Assembly (NCBI GenBank): GCA_045586995.1
Contig: JAZNBI010000129.1
Span: forward strand, 1 to 47,230
DNA: 47,230 nucleotides
Direction: 5' to 3'
From: Eubacteriales bacterium
GTDB lineage: Bacteria > Bacillota > Clostridia > Oscillospirales > CAG-272
The position numbers were made by a program, and so were the translations under genes. Positions 46,015 through 47,230 of this stretch are shown here, in pieces. Under the pieces are notes generated by a model. That model was not told the DNA's origin. It did no database searches and was given only the letters and a program-made list of their open reading frames with translations. The stretch's first letter is position 1; the number at the start of each line of letters is the position of its first letter.

Positions 46015-46028
46015 CAAACATTTGTTCC
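46015..46028 (-). promoter_or_regulatory. LexA (SOS) box in the lexA promoter
   Basis: Minus strand GGAACAAATGTTTG (GAAC-N4-GTTT), about 70 nt upstream of the lexA start. It overlaps a TTTGCA -35 candidate, with TGATAAAAT 18 nt downstream. Confidence 0.7.
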
Positions 46029-46097
46029 GTTTTATTGCCATAAAGTTGTTTTGTTAAAATAAAATTGTGAATAAAATTGTAATTTTTTGTTTTTCAC

Positions 46098-46126
46098 TTG
46101 AAAAATTTTCTAATATGTAGTATTAT
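46098..46126 (+). promoter_or_regulatory. Sigma-A promoter candidate for the PEP carboxykinase gene
   Basis: TTGAAA (46098-46103), a 17-nt spacer, then TATTAT (46121-46126). Confidence 0.5.
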
Positions 46127-46193
46127 ATATACTGGATGTAGTTGGTTTATAATTGATTGTAAACAAAGATTATTTTTTAAGGAGTAAAAAATT

Positions 46194-47230
46194 ATGAACG
46201 CACCAACAAAAAACAAGTATGTCCTTGATTGGATAAACGAAATGGCTGCAATGACTTGTCCCGACAAAATCGTTTGGATTGACGGAACACAAGAACAAGC
46301 CGAAAAGCTTCGCGAAGAAGCATGCTCGACCGGCGAAATGATAAAGCTCAATCAAGAGCTTCTTCCCGGTTGTTATCTTCACAGAACAGCTGTAAACGAT
46401 GTTGCACGTGTTGAAGGCAGAACCTTTATATGCACATCAAAAAAAGAAGATGCAGGAAACATTAATAACTGGATGGCTCCCGCAGATTGTTATGCAAAGC
46501 TTTCAAAGCTCTATAAGGGTTCTATGAAAGGCAGAACAATGTACGTAATCCCTTACTCTATGAGTATAGTTGGCTCTCCTTTCGCAAAATACGGCATTGA
46601 GCTTACCGACTCTATCTATGTTGTTCTTAACATGCTCATTATGACAAGAGTCGGAAATAATGTTCTCGAAGCACTTGGAGATAGCTGCGATTATATTAAA
46701 GGACTTCACGCAAGAGCTGATATCGACGAAGAAAATCGTTATATCTGCCACTTCCCGGAAGACAACACAATTTGGTCTGTTAACTCCGGATACGGCGGAA
46801 ACGTTCTTCTCGGCAAGAAGTGCTTTGCTCTCAGAATTGCTTCCTATCTCGGACGCAAAGAGGGCTGGATGGCTGAACATATGCTTATCCTCGGTGTTGA
46901 ATTCCCCGATGGAGAGATCAAATATGTTTGCGCTGCTTTCCCGTCTGCTTGCGGAAAAACCAATCTTGCTATGCTTATTCCTCCGGAATATTACAAAAAC
47001 AAGGGTTATAAGGTTTGGTGCGTAGGCGACGATATCGCTTGGTTGCGTGTCGGTCAGGACGGTAGACTTTGGGCTGTTAACCCTGAAAACGGATTCTTCG
47101 GTGTTGCACCCGGTACTAATGAAAAGTCCAATCCCAACGCTCTTTATACCGCTATGCGCGATACCATTTTCACTAACGTTTGTCACAACCTTGACGACAA
47201 CACTGTATGGTGGGAAGGTCTTGATAACAA
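46194..47230 (+). CDS. pck: Phosphoenolpyruvate carboxykinase (GTP), 5' part; continues beyond the window
   Basis: My own translation from ATG 46194 (AAGGAG Shine-Dalgarno) gives MNAPTKNKYVLDWINEMAAMTCPDKIVWIDG...HRTAVNDVARVEGRTFIC...NSGYGGNVLLGKKCFALRIAS...FPSACGKTNLAML...GDDIAWLRVG. These are the GTP-PEPCK signature motifs. There is no stop before the window end, so the ORF is missing from the track. Confidence 0.93.
   Translation, partial: MNAPTKNKYVLDWINEMAAMTCPDKIVWIDGTQEQAEKLREEACSTGEMIKLNQELLPGCYLHRTAVNDVARVEGRTFICTSKKEDAGNINNWMAPADCYAKLSKLYKGSMKGRTMYVIPYSMSIVGSPFAKYGIELTDSIYVVLNMLIMTRVGNNVLEALGDSCDYIKGLHARADIDEENRYICHFPEDNTIWSVNSGYGGNVLLGKKCFALRIASYLGRKEGWMAEHMLILGVEFPDGEIKYVCAAFPSACGKTNLAMLIPPEYYKNKGYKVWCVGDDIAWLRVGQDGRLWAVNPENGFFGVAPGTNEKSNPNALYTAMRDTIFTNVCHNLDDNTVWWEGLDN

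Noticed and set aside
46503-47186. 227-aa minus-strand ORF, with the other track ORFs at 46094-46382 and 46660-47025
   Set aside because: They are shadow ORFs of the open-ended GTP-PEPCK gene (46194 onward, plus strand). That gene shows unmistakable family motifs and a strong Shine-Dalgarno.
1-47230. CRISPR arrays, tRNA/rRNA genes, prophage or integrase genes, restriction-modification or other defence genes, toxin-antitoxin pairs
   Set aside because: I scanned the intergenic regions and the ORF translations. I found no regularly spaced repeats, no cloverleaf-like GC-rich segments and no hallmark proteins. Apart from the IS fragment at the left edge, the window is core genome.

Overview
AT-rich Firmicutes chromosome, Clostridia-like and probably spore-forming (spoIIID, a DUF1540 protein, a sigma-E-type promoter). 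The GTP-type PEP carboxykinase hints at a Ruminococcaceae/Oscillospiraceae-like organism, but that is a guess. The window is densely packed core genome with about 50 intact housekeeping genes. They include pyrH-frr-uppS-cdsA-dxr-rseP-ispG-polC, spoIIID, an ApgM-family mutase, lepB-rbgA-rnhB-yraN, thrC, tig-clpP-clpX and a deoC-deoD-deoB-cdd operon. Further right are the distal division-cluster block yggS-sepF-yggT-ileS-lspA-rluD, queA/miaA, dapA, several tRNA-modification genes, rubredoxin and lexA. The window ends with the 5' part of a GTP-dependent PEP carboxykinase, which is open-ended and therefore absent from the ORF track. The left edge holds the last ~140 nt of an IS3-family element. 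I see no CRISPR array, rRNA/tRNA gene, prophage, defence island or toxin-antitoxin pair. I do not find convincing evidence of a novel multi-gene system, so this looks like an ordinary core region. The items worth a second look are small-scale. (1) A GC-rich nested palindrome (REP-like) lies in a structured queA-miaA spacer. (2) A second LexA-type box overlaps the transcription start region of a cytidylate-kinase-like gene about 1.8 kb from lexA. (3) A near-perfect sigma-E promoter precedes spoIIID. (4) The ApgM-family protein may be a non-orthologous homoserine kinase. (5) ileS has no T-box leader and sits behind a terminator-like hairpin. (6) Two membrane proteins have start codons that are hard to place. 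(7) A short cluster encodes envelope proteins of unknown function. All coordinates and motifs were read by eye, and no database search was possible.
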